A DNA stretch of 64,000 nt from Candidatus Latescibacterota bacterium (GTDB lineage: Bacteria > Latescibacterota > UBA2968 > UBA8231). Positions 46,479 to 55,795 of this stretch are shown here, in pieces. Under the pieces are notes generated by a model, which saw nothing but the letters and a program-made list of their open reading frames with translations, did not search any database and was not told the DNA's origin. The number at the start of each line of letters is the position of its first letter. Position 1 is the stretch's first letter. The stretch lies in the NCBI GenBank assembly GCA_965248265.1, contig CBDFJF010000002.1:3395052-3459051 (forward strand), in the 5' to 3' direction. Made by a program: the position numbers and the translations under genes.

Positions 46479-48547
46479 AACAAAAAGACATTGATTTCTG
46501 GAAAAAGCAGATCGATGCCACCAACCGCTTCATGGCTCCCAAGCACAAGGTGTGGAAACGTCTGCTGCAGCAGTACCGGCTGGAATTTGCCGACATGCCG
46601 GTCGAGGAGGCCAAGCAGCGCAAGATTTCGCGCTTCTATCCGATCACCCGCCAGATTATCGCCAGCATTGCCTTCTTCAATCCCCGCGTCTTGCTGCGGG
46701 TCGAGGACAACAACCGCGAGTTCCAGGCCGAGCTGCTGGAGCGTGTGGCCAACGACGCTCTGCGTTTGCAGAACGCCAAGCGGGAGATTCAGCAGCAGAT
46801 TTTCGACACGCTCTACTGCAACGTCGGCTGGGTCAAGATGGGCGTGAACCCACCCGGCGATAAAGAGCTGATCCCGCCTTATGTGGCCAACGACTCGCTG
46901 GCCAACGGCATGGTGTTTTTACAGCGGCGCTCGCCCTTCGACATCTACCCGGACCCGCTGACCCCGCCGCACGATTTCGGCCAAGCCCGCTTTATGCGCG
47001 AGGACATGCTGGCCCCCCATGAGTTTGTCATGGAGGACGAGCGCTTCAAGAAGTTTAAACACCGCGACCAGATTAAGCCGCTGTCTGACGCCGACGCCGA
47101 GGAGAAAATCCTGGAGAATATCCAGGAAGCCAATCCGGCATCGGAGGAGGAGGAGCGCCAAGCCATGATGGATTCGCGCATCGAGGGCAAGTACGTCCTC
47201 CTGCATGAAATCCATCATCGCACCAAGAAGAGGATGTACACCTTTGCCGAGGGCGTGGAGCAGCCGCTGGAGGACATCGAGCATCCCTTCCTGGCAGGCA
47301 CCACACTGACGGAAGCAGACCCGTTCACGGGCGAGGACCACATCGTTGGCTTCCAGGCCACCGAAGGGTTTTTAGTGGCCAACGGCTTCCCCTACATCCC
47401 GATGAAATTCGATAAGTCGTTCGACTCCTTCTACGGCTTGCCGATGATGGGCTACGATGAGGACATCCAGGAGGGCATCATCGAGTCGATGTCCCGGCGC
47501 ATGGACAACCTCAAGCGCGGCGCTCGCATGGTGGTGGGCAACCAGAAGGAAAAAGCGCTCAACCCCAACATCGAGGAAGAGTTCGCCAAGGGCGATGACG
47601 GCCACATTCTTTGGTCGAACGACCCGAACAACAGTTTCCGCGAAGTGCTTACCGGTAACATTCTGCCCGACCAGTTGGGCACCGAATCCGACCTGCGTAA
47701 CTACGAAGAGCAGATACTGCAGGTGGGAGCCACGTCGGTGGGCGGCTCGCGGACGACGGCCACACAGGCGTCTCTAACCGCGTCGTTCGGCCAGCTCAAT
47801 CGGGAGTGGATGCAAGATGAAGTAGCGCGGGTGTTTGAGGACGTGTCCTACAACAACCTGCGCATCATGGGCGACAAGCGCTACACCCCCAACAACTTCA
47901 TCGTCAACGTCGAGCAGTCGGACAATGACCCGGTGTACGAGGCCGTGACCTCCGACATGCTGCGGGCGCGGTTCAAGGTGCAAATCGAGGCGGGTTCGAT
48001 GAAGCCGCTGTTCGATCAGCTGGAACGCGACGACGCCTTGGCCTTGTTCAACTACCTCATCCAGGTGCCCGAGGTACCACGCCAGGAGTCGTTGAAGCTG
48101 CTGCTGCGTGCCTTCCGGGTTCCCAACATCGAAAAGTTCTTGGGCGACGAAGCCCACACCGATGCGGTGCGAGCTGCACAGCTGGAAAACATGCTGATGC
48201 TACAAGGCCAGCCTCTGCAGGTTACGCCGCTTGAAAATCACATGGTGCACATGCGCCACCATCAGCAGCTGTTTGCCGCTCCGCACTACACGCAAATGCT
48301 ACCGCAACAGCAGCAAATCGTGCAACAGCTGGTGGTGCAGCACATGCAACTCCACGAGCAGGCGTTGGCACAGCGGGCGCAGGGTCTTCGACCTGGACCC
48401 TCCAATGTGTCCGACGCTGGAGGAGGTGGCGGCGGTGGTGGTCCTATGGAAACCGTGCAGGCGGCTACCGGTAAGGTGGACTCAGCCGTTCGCTCCTCCG
48501 CTCAAACGATTGGCCAGAAGGTCAACATAGACGCGAATCAAAATTGA
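46475..48547 (+). CDS. portal protein
   Basis: 690 aa following the terminase. Q-rich and Gly-rich C-terminus. Confidence 0.7.
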   Translation: MKQKDIDFWKKQIDATNRFMAPKHKVWKRLLQQYRLEFADMPVEEAKQRKISRFYPITRQIIASIAFFNPRVLLRVEDNNREFQAELLERVANDALRLQNAKREIQQQIFDTLYCNVGWVKMGVNPPGDKELIPPYVANDSLANGMVFLQRRSPFDIYPDPLTPPHDFGQARFMREDMLAPHEFVMEDERFKKFKHRDQIKPLSDADAEEKILENIQEANPASEEEERQAMMDSRIEGKYVLLHEIHHRTKKRMYTFAEGVEQPLEDIEHPFLAGTTLTEADPFTGEDHIVGFQATEGFLVANGFPYIPMKFDKSFDSFYGLPMMGYDEDIQEGIIESMSRRMDNLKRGARMVVGNQKEKALNPNIEEEFAKGDDGHILWSNDPNNSFREVLTGNILPDQLGTESDLRNYEEQILQVGATSVGGSRTTATQASLTASFGQLNREWMQDEVARVFEDVSYNNLRIMGDKRYTPNNFIVNVEQSDNDPVYEAVTSDMLRARFKVQIEAGSMKPLFDQLERDDALALFNYLIQVPEVPRQESLKLLLRAFRVPNIEKFLGDEAHTDAVRAAQLENMLMLQGQPLQVTPLENHMVHMRHHQQLFAAPHYTQMLPQQQQIVQQLVVQHMQLHEQALAQRAQGLRPGPSNVSDAGGGGGGGGPMETVQAATGKVDSAVRSSAQTIGQKVNIDANQN

Positions 48548-48548
48548 T

Positions 48549-48950
48549 ATGGCCTACAAGGTAATAATGAAGGGCGGCGCTCATCCACGACTGGTGGACT
48601 ACGCCTGTGGTAAGTGCGGCGAGCTGACGATGGATGTGTTTTTCCACACCTACGCATCGGTGACGGCTACCCATCCGTGCCAGTGTGGGGCCGAGGCTGA
48701 GAAAATCATCAGCCCCAAACAGAACCACATCCACCCTGACCATAGCGGCATGTATGGCAAGTACCACGCGGGGCTCGATTGCGTGGTCAAAGACTACGCC
48801 CACAAGCAGCGCTTGATGCGCGAGCAGGGCGTGATGGAAGGCGCGGACCCGGTGAAGGGTTCGCGTAATCACTGGAAACCGGAACCGGAACGCCCGGAGC
48901 CGGTTGAAGGCTCGCACTGGACGGATCATCCAGGCGAGGTAGAGCTGTAA
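48549..48950 (+). CDS. hypothetical zinc-ribbon protein
   Basis: CGKCGE...CQCG. Confidence 0.4.
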   Translation: MAYKVIMKGGAHPRLVDYACGKCGELTMDVFFHTYASVTATHPCQCGAEAEKIISPKQNHIHPDHSGMYGKYHAGLDCVVKDYAHKQRLMREQGVMEGADPVKGSRNHWKPEPERPEPVEGSHWTDHPGEVEL

Positions 48951-48967
48951 CAACGAACAGAGGAACG

Positions 48968-49831
48968 ATGGCAGAAGCGGATTCCACCGGAACCACTGTA
49001 GTGGACTCTATCGAAGAAGGCTTGGACCTGGGCGCTGACCTGGATTCAAGCATGACGGCAGAATCACCGACTGCGGACTCCACCACTGCGCAAGACGCAG
49101 GAACCCCCGACTTCGACCCGAGCAGTGTCGATATCGGCAAGGCAGACCCTGAATCACTGCCCGAGCCGTACCGGAAAGCCCAGGAGTGGGCAAAGAATCG
49201 TGAACGCGAGCTACAGGGTGTGATGACCCGCAGCACCCAGGAGACGGCGGATTTGCGTCGTCAGCTGGACCATCTGCAGGCCACCGTCAACACTCAGGCC
49301 GCTCCCCCCGCCGCCGCCCCGGCAGCAGACCCCTTGGAAGCCCTACGGGCTCGCCTTGGGGAGGATGCCCCGGCGGTCGATGTGGTATCAGACATCATCA
49401 AGGCGGTGACCGGGGATCAGGCGGCAGCATCGCAATCGCAGGCGCAAGAGTTGGCCACGCTCAAGGAAGCAGTGACCGCTCTGGCTCAGTCGATGGTGAG
49501 TACGCAGACAGCGGGCATGTCCCAGCAAGTAGCCGAGGCGCGAGCCGCCTACGGAGAAACGCTGGATCAATATGGACCGCAGATCGCGGCGCTCATCAAG
49601 GTTGAGAACCCTGCAACAAGGCAAGCGTACACGGTGATGGAAGCAGCCGACTTGGTTTCCGGTAAGGCCATGGCAAAGTCTCAGGAACTGCAACATGTCG
49701 AACGGCAGGTTCGGTCTGACGCCTCTAATGCAACAGCGCTTCCGGGTGCTGTTGGAGCAGCGAACTCAGACAACGGAGAACTGACGCCTTCACAGCTGAC
49801 AGCGGGATTGCAGAAGCTGGGCTTCGAGTAA
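48968..49831 (+). CDS. scaffolding protein (putative)
   Basis: Acidic, Ala/Gln-rich coiled coil sitting between the portal and capsid genes. Confidence 0.55.
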   Translation: MAEADSTGTTVVDSIEEGLDLGADLDSSMTAESPTADSTTAQDAGTPDFDPSSVDIGKADPESLPEPYRKAQEWAKNRERELQGVMTRSTQETADLRRQLDHLQATVNTQAAPPAAAPAADPLEALRARLGEDAPAVDVVSDIIKAVTGDQAAASQSQAQELATLKEAVTALAQSMVSTQTAGMSQQVAEARAAYGETLDQYGPQIAALIKVENPATRQAYTVMEAADLVSGKAMAKSQELQHVERQVRSDASNATALPGAVGAANSDNGELTPSQLTAGLQKLGFE

Positions 49832-49867
49832 CGGCGGCGGTGTCTCCGTAGGACGGAGACTTTAAAC

Positions 49868-50863
49868 ATGGTTGCTGTATCCACCACTGAAACGTGGGAT
49901 GCAGCGTGGACGCTAACCATGCGGGCCAAGCGTAAGCGTCTCACGGACAACATCAGCGACAACTATCCGCTTTTGGGTAGGCTGCGTAAGTCTGGTGTGC
50001 TGGAGACGGAAACCGGGGGTAAAGAGTACCAAGAGGATTTGATGTACGCCCTCGGTACCTCCGAGTGGTTCGATGGATACGACGTGCTGAACACCGACGC
50101 GATGGATGGCATCACGGCGGCGTTCTACACACCGCGCTACAATGCCACACCTATCGTCATTTCGATGACGGAGGAAATGGAATCGCGCAAGGCTGCCGGT
50201 TCCGAGAAGTTGCTAACGGCCAAAACCACCCAGGCCATGACGGGCTCGTTCGACACCATCAACGCTGCGGCGTTGGGGGCACAGTCGGGCAAATCCATGC
50301 TGGGGTTGCAGGACATTGCCGCCCAGGCATCCGGTACCACGTTGGGCGGTATCTCTGGTGCCACCAACACCTGGTGGGAAAATGCCCGCACGGACTTTAA
50401 CGCCACCTACACCTCGTTTGTAACCAAAGTCGGTGATCGCTACGAGGGGATCATCGGTATGGGTGTGGTGTGGAACAACTGTTCTGAGGGCAACGACCAT
50501 CCCAACCTGATCGTCACAAGCTACACCAACTACGGGTTTTACGAGGACATCTTCGAGTCCACGGGCTACACCCGTATGGTGACTTCGGGCGCGAGAACTG
50601 GTCCCAACTTCGGGATTGGTGCCGAGGGAGACATCACCTACCGTGGCGCACCGGTCATTCCTGACCGCGACTGCGCGACGGATGACATGTACCTGCTCAA
50701 CACGAAGTACCTCAAGCTCAAAGTGCAGGCGGGCTTGAATTTCGCGAAAACGCCGTTCAAGGAGCCGTCGAACCAGATGGCCAAGGTCGCTTTCGTGGTC
50801 GTAGGATTACAGCTCGTGACGAACCATCGTGCTCGTCAGGGCGTGCTCTACGACATCGCATAA
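49868..50863 (+). CDS. major capsid protein (putative)
   Basis: 331-aa ORF in the canonical position after the scaffold gene. Confidence 0.55.
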   Translation: MVAVSTTETWDAAWTLTMRAKRKRLTDNISDNYPLLGRLRKSGVLETETGGKEYQEDLMYALGTSEWFDGYDVLNTDAMDGITAAFYTPRYNATPIVISMTEEMESRKAAGSEKLLTAKTTQAMTGSFDTINAAALGAQSGKSMLGLQDIAAQASGTTLGGISGATNTWWENARTDFNATYTSFVTKVGDRYEGIIGMGVVWNNCSEGNDHPNLIVTSYTNYGFYEDIFESTGYTRMVTSGARTGPNFGIGAEGDITYRGAPVIPDRDCATDDMYLLNTKYLKLKVQAGLNFAKTPFKEPSNQMAKVAFVVVGLQLVTNHRARQGVLYDIA

Positions 50864-50949
50864 AGGGTTCGGGGGGCAAGCCAATGCCCCCCGCCAACAA
50901 CTCTGCCCATAGAGGTAGAACCCGGAGGTGGGAGTAGAAGAGTAACATC

Positions 50950-51807
50950 ATGCCTTGGAATCTGGGCGATGGCGGCGACATCGGAAACGGGTCGCACGGC
51001 GATGCTCACATCACAGGTGGAGTACGGGCGAAGCAGGGGCTGTATGCTGTTTCGACTACACAGAATTACCCGCTGGGGTATCCCAAGCGGTTCGGTGACG
51101 GACGGGCCTATCGGTATACCCACTTTTCCGGTGCGGTTGGACCGGGCAAGCTGGCTGCGATAGACGCAACGTCACAGGACATCACGCAGACGGCAGCCAC
51201 GGCAGTGCGCGACTCAGCTGGCGCGGCTGCGGATGTCGCCACGGGCCAGGAAACGCTCTACTTCCTGGACACGGACAAGTTCACGACGGCCCACTCCGAC
51301 GACACGCTTGCCGGTGGCACTCTGCACATCATCAACAACTCCGGTGGCGCGGTTGCATCGGAGGGACACCAGTACGCCATCAAGTCGAACACGTACACGG
51401 CTTCCACCAGCGTGATGCAAATCGACTTGTACGACGCCACGGCCACGGCCCTCAACTCTGAGGACTTGGTTGGCGTCACCGGCAATCCGTACAAGCAGAA
51501 TGTCATCTACAACGCTGCGGCCGATGATGTGATTTCGGGCGTGACGCTCGTGGACATGGCGGCAGCCGAGTACGGGTGGGTGCAGACGTGGGGTGTGGCC
51601 ACGTGCCTGATGGACGGCACGCCCACGCGGGGCGCTATCCTGACCGGCGCGGATGCGGTCGATGGTGCTGTGCAGGTGATTGGTGGTGGCACGGTGGCTT
51701 CAGAGGAGAACCTGCTTGACCTGACCACGGAGCCCGTTGTCGGTTACGCACTGCAGGTGGTCACCACGGCGGGGTATATCCCGCTGTACTTGCAGATTGC
51801 TCCATGA
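50950..51807 (+). CDS. virion structural protein (decoration-like, Ala/Thr/Gly-rich)
   Basis: 285-aa ORF between the capsid gene and the glycosyltransferase island. Confidence 0.4.
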   Translation: MPWNLGDGGDIGNGSHGDAHITGGVRAKQGLYAVSTTQNYPLGYPKRFGDGRAYRYTHFSGAVGPGKLAAIDATSQDITQTAATAVRDSAGAAADVATGQETLYFLDTDKFTTAHSDDTLAGGTLHIINNSGGAVASEGHQYAIKSNTYTASTSVMQIDLYDATATALNSEDLVGVTGNPYKQNVIYNAAADDVISGVTLVDMAAAEYGWVQTWGVATCLMDGTPTRGAILTGADAVDGAVQVIGGGTVASEENLLDLTTEPVVGYALQVVTTAGYIPLYLQIAP

Positions 51808-52577
51808 GTTGTCGCGCCTTCACGAAGGTCAGGAACGAGGAGGCGATGATTGCCGACACCCTCGATACCTGGGCCGACGTGTGCTGCGATGGGATTCACG
51901 TGTATCTCGATAACTGTACGGATGGGACCGGTGAAATCTGCCGGGACCATCCTGCAGTTGTTGAAGTGATAGAGTCCAACCTGTACGACCCTGATCGACC
52001 ACGGTCAGACTGCTACGGACGGCAAACGCTGTGGCGTTCGGTGTCCCGGTTCGTGGGGGCCGAGGATTGGGTGTGCTACTTCGATGCGGACGAGCACTTG
52101 CACGACTTCCCGCTCGATGTGCTCGACGTGAGCGAAGTGAGGGTGATCGCACCGCATTGGTGTGATGCCTACATCACGGAAGAGGATGAGCGCATTGATG
52201 ACTATCGCAAGCGTGAGTGGATCAGTACGGAAAGGCGGATCATCCCAATGTTTTTTAGAGCTGGCGGGTGCAGGGGTTACACGCGCCCCGACCAGCGCAT
52301 CATGGACACGGTGGTGACACCCAGGCTGGACCAGTTTGGCTTGATAAAGCACTACGGATTGGGCCACTCGGTGGAGCAGTGGGAGCGCAAGGTAGCCTAC
52401 TACCGCGATGAGTGGCCGCAGTATTCAGCCAAGTGGGCCGCGAGAGCGGGGAAGGCCGTGCGTAGGCAGCCTTACTTCTCAGTCAACTGTAGAAGGCTGG
52501 GAAAGTTCAGCGATTACAGCAGGGAGGTAAGGGCCAGCAATGATCGTCGTTTGCGTGCCTTTTCTCAAGCCGCATAA
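51804..52577 (+). CDS. glycosyltransferase family 2-like (GT-A fold)
   Basis: KVRNEEAMI...VYLDNCTDGTGEI and YFDADEH (DxD) are GT2 hallmarks. Confidence 0.6.
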   Translation: MSCRAFTKVRNEEAMIADTLDTWADVCCDGIHVYLDNCTDGTGEICRDHPAVVEVIESNLYDPDRPRSDCYGRQTLWRSVSRFVGAEDWVCYFDADEHLHDFPLDVLDVSEVRVIAPHWCDAYITEEDERIDDYRKREWISTERRIIPMFFRAGGCRGYTRPDQRIMDTVVTPRLDQFGLIKHYGLGHSVEQWERKVAYYRDEWPQYSAKWAARAGKAVRRQPYFSVNCRRLGKFSDYSREVRASNDRRLRAFSQAA

Positions 52578-53325
52578 AAAGTTCCTGCCCCACTTCATTG
52601 AGTGGTACGCCGGGAACAAACTCAAGCACGAGCTGGAGCTGGTGTGGCAGATGTATCGCCCGTTGCACAAGGCCCAACGCGAAGGAGTGAAAGCGGCACA
52701 GCGACTGGGCGCATCCCACATCTTGTTCACGGAAGACGACCAATGGGGGTTCCCGCTGGACGGGCTGGACGTGTTACTAAAAGAGGACAAGGATGTCATC
52801 GGGTTCAGTACCTACATGCGCTCGTATCCCCACCTGCCCATGCACATGCGTAAGGTGGATGAGTCCATACCGCTGGTTGATGAGCAGATGCGCAAAAACC
52901 TCAAGCCGGTGGCAGTGGGGGATGGGCCTGACGTACAAGCGGTCGATTTAATTACCTGGGCGTTTACCCTGGTAAAGGTGGACGTGTTTAAACGATTGGA
53001 AAATGACCCCTTTGCCCAGTGGGGAGAGTCACCGACCGACAGTTATTTCAGCCAGTACTGTGATGACGTAGGCATTAAGCGGCACACGCATTTCGGCTAC
53101 ACCATCGGCCACGGCGACGTGGCCCCCGAGCACGTGCCGTTCAGTCGCAGGATGTGGGAATCTATTCATTCGGCGGCGGGCGTATTCGCGGAGGATGCTG
53201 TTACCGCTGACGCCCGACCGGAAATCAACGACGCCAAGCTGCACGAGAGGGAGATGGAAGCTATGGAGGCAGATGCACTGGCAAATCGACCCACGGACTT
53301 GCCGTGGATGGTGGAGGCAGCATGA
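52540..53325 (+). CDS. GT-A-like glycosyltransferase (putative)
   Basis: VCVPF...FTEDDQW has a DxD-like core. 261 aa. Coupled to the flanking GT genes. Confidence 0.45.
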   Translation: MIVVCVPFLKPHKKFLPHFIEWYAGNKLKHELELVWQMYRPLHKAQREGVKAAQRLGASHILFTEDDQWGFPLDGLDVLLKEDKDVIGFSTYMRSYPHLPMHMRKVDESIPLVDEQMRKNLKPVAVGDGPDVQAVDLITWAFTLVKVDVFKRLENDPFAQWGESPTDSYFSQYCDDVGIKRHTHFGYTIGHGDVAPEHVPFSRRMWESIHSAAGVFAEDAVTADARPEINDAKLHEREMEAMEADALANRPTDLPWMVEAA

Positions 53326-54209
53326 AAATCCTGCTCACCAATCACAGCCTGAAGGATGTCGGCGGTACCGAGAAGTGGACGTACACGATGGCGCAGGAGT
53401 TGCAACGGCGCTTGCATGAGGTGGAGGTGTTCACCTTCATGCGGGGCACAACCTCTGAAAAAATAGAGGACTTCTTCCCGGTGGTGGATGACCCAAGCCT
53501 GGACGGGTATGACCTCATCATGTCGAACCACAACACCTGCCTGTCACAGGTGCAGCACATCCCTGGCTACAAGGTGCATACCTGCCACGGGCCGAAGCAC
53601 CAGCTGGAGCAGCCAGTCGGAGGAGCGGACGCCTACGTGGCCGTCTCTCCAGAGGTGCGCAAGCACGGGGCCGAGCTGGGGTTCAAGATGAAGGTTATCG
53701 GCAACGCGCTGGACCTCGACATGTTCGCCCCTCCGCCGCAGACAACCGAAGTCAACGTGCGCCCTCGCGTGTTGTCCATGTGTAAGGCGGTTGGGGCCAG
53801 CAATATGATAGAGGACTGCTGCAAGGCGGCGGGATTCGACTACGATACGGTGCACTACCTGGAGCGGCCTGTATGGGACACCGCCGACCTCATCAAGCAG
53901 GCTGACATTGTGGTTGGCGTGGGGCGCACGGCACTGGAAGGGCTGGCTTGCGGCAAGGCGGTATTCAACTTCGACGGGCGCACGAAAGAACCAAGAGGCG
54001 ATGGGTGGATTACGAATCGAAACGTCGATGAGTTGTCGCGGTTCAACTTTTCCAGCCGCGCCACTTTCAAATACTGGACGGTACCTGAGCTGACGGACGC
54101 GCTGTTAGCGTTCAGGCCACAGTCATGGTCGCCGCAGTGGGTACGGACTAACGCCAACATCACCGACGCGGCGTTGCGCTACTTATCCCTCGTGCCGGTG
54201 GCCGCGTAA
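53322..54209 (+). CDS. glycosyltransferase family 1/4 (GT-B fold)
   Basis: MKILLTNHSLKDVGGTEKW...EGLACGKAV is a GT4 architecture. ATGA overlap with the upstream gene. Confidence 0.65.
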   Translation: MKILLTNHSLKDVGGTEKWTYTMAQELQRRLHEVEVFTFMRGTTSEKIEDFFPVVDDPSLDGYDLIMSNHNTCLSQVQHIPGYKVHTCHGPKHQLEQPVGGADAYVAVSPEVRKHGAELGFKMKVIGNALDLDMFAPPPQTTEVNVRPRVLSMCKAVGASNMIEDCCKAAGFDYDTVHYLERPVWDTADLIKQADIVVGVGRTALEGLACGKAVFNFDGRTKEPRGDGWITNRNVDELSRFNFSSRATFKYWTVPELTDALLAFRPQSWSPQWVRTNANITDAALRYLSLVPVAA

Positions 54210-54256
54210 TAGTAGAGAAGTTCCACAGGAGGAACGGGAGAGAAACAAGATGGACA

Positions 54257-54625
54257 ATGGCAAAGCAAGAAGGTTCCACTGTATCCGCGACCGCCCCTGC
54301 CGCCGCACCTGCCAGCGATGGCTTGCAAAGTCTGGTGGCCATGATTCACAAGGCGGGTCCAGAAGCTAAAGAGGCTATGCGCTCGGCGCTGGGAGTAGGC
54401 AAGGCGATTCAGCCTCCCAAGAATCAACAGAGCAACGCGGACGCCAAGCGTATCGCCTACTCGGTGGGCGAAATCGTGCACCCGGAAGGGTTTCTACCCA
54501 AGCCGTCCGAGCACCTTGTCGAGCAGGGACCAGAAGCGGTGGCGGAGTGGCAGGCATCCTGGCTGGCCCGCAATCGCAATCCGTCCAGCAAGGCGGAAGA
54601 GTACGCGGCCGTGGCCGTTGAGTGA
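54257..54625 (+). CDS. hypothetical virion-module protein
   Basis: 122-aa ORF. Confidence 0.4.
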   Translation: MAKQEGSTVSATAPAAAPASDGLQSLVAMIHKAGPEAKEAMRSALGVGKAIQPPKNQQSNADAKRIAYSVGEIVHPEGFLPKPSEHLVEQGPEAVAEWQASWLARNRNPSSKAEEYAAVAVE

Positions 54626-54845
54626 CAAGAAGCGACAGGTCAACGCGGCTTCCTTTTTCGGGGAGCAGTTGATAATTGGCGATGCGCAAATCGACACCAT
54701 TGACGTGGGATCCGTGCTCAAGCTGTCGAACTTGACGACAGCCGAGCGGGATGCGCTGACAGCCGCCAATGGCATGGTGATCTACAACACGACGGACAAC
54801 AAGTTTCAAGGATACGAGAACGGCGCATGGGCCAATCTGATTTAG
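54618..54845 (+). CDS. hypothetical small protein
   Basis: TTG start overlapping the upstream stop. 75 aa. Confidence 0.25.
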   Translation: MSDKKRQVNAASFFGEQLIIGDAQIDTIDVGSVLKLSNLTTAERDALTAANGMVIYNTTDNKFQGYENGAWANLI

Positions 54846-54874
54846 GGGGAGCGGGAGTAGGTCATATGGGATAA

Positions 54875-55795
54875 GTGACACTTGCAACAGCAATGGAGAT
54901 GCTGCTCAAGCGTGTCGGCCTGGACGAGACGAACACCACGTTCAAAAATCAGGCCCGGCTGTATCTCAATATTGCAGCCAAAGAGCTGGGTGGGCTGGCC
55001 GATTGGTGGTGGCAGTACAAGCAGAGTTCTATCGTTACCACCAGCACGCTCACCGTATCGTCTGTTTCGGGCACGTTCGTGGCCGCCGAGACGATCACGG
55101 GCGGCACCTCTTCCCGCACTGCAACGATAGGGGCGCTCTACGACGCCACCAATGCCCCTACCGCGCTGTTTTATCGGTCGCCTTCCAATACCACTGACTT
55201 CACCAGCGGCGAAACCATCACGGGCGGTACTTCTGGAGCTACCGCTACGGCTGGGGCTGATGTCATTACCCGCCAGTACCAGCTCGCCTCTGATGTGCTC
55301 ATGCCCTACAGCTGGCGCGATGAGACGAATAACCGTCGCCTCCTCATTGCCTCGTGGGACGAGATGGACCGGGCCGACCCCGACCAGGATCAAGAGGGGG
55401 ACGCTCGCTGGATAGTACCCGAAGGCATCGACAGCGCCACGGGCTACCAGATTGTGGCCGTCTTTCCGCTGCACTCCACCAGCAACGAAACCTTCCGCTA
55501 CCGCTACTACAGCTACATCCCCGATTGGACCTCCGGTAACGACGCCACCTCGCTGGATGGCTGGATCCCCCAGCTGCTGCAGCCAGCGCTGATCTACGCC
55601 GGGGCGGCGCTCTATAAGCAAGAGAAGGGCGACGACGAGGGCGCAGAACAAGAGCGCATCGAGTACGACCGGCAGGTAGACCGTGGACTCAAGGTTAACT
55701 CGCAGATGTTCGGGAACCGCAGGCGGGCGCGTTCAGACGGCGCTGTTGCACCGGGCTTTCGGTTCTACGTCCAGGAAGGGTCGTTGAGCGCGTAA
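54875..55795 (+). CDS. head-tail connector/adaptor-like protein with internal Thr/Gly-rich tandem repeat
   Basis: N-terminus MEMLLKRVGLDETNT resembles gp6-like connectors. Insertion AETITGGTSSRTAT.../GETITGGTSGATAT... Confidence 0.45.
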   Translation: MTLATAMEMLLKRVGLDETNTTFKNQARLYLNIAAKELGGLADWWWQYKQSSIVTTSTLTVSSVSGTFVAAETITGGTSSRTATIGALYDATNAPTALFYRSPSNTTDFTSGETITGGTSGATATAGADVITRQYQLASDVLMPYSWRDETNNRRLLIASWDEMDRADPDQDQEGDARWIVPEGIDSATGYQIVAVFPLHSTSNETFRYRYYSYIPDWTSGNDATSLDGWIPQLLQPALIYAGAALYKQEKGDDEGAEQERIEYDRQVDRGLKVNSQMFGNRRRARSDGAVAPGFRFYVQEGSLSA

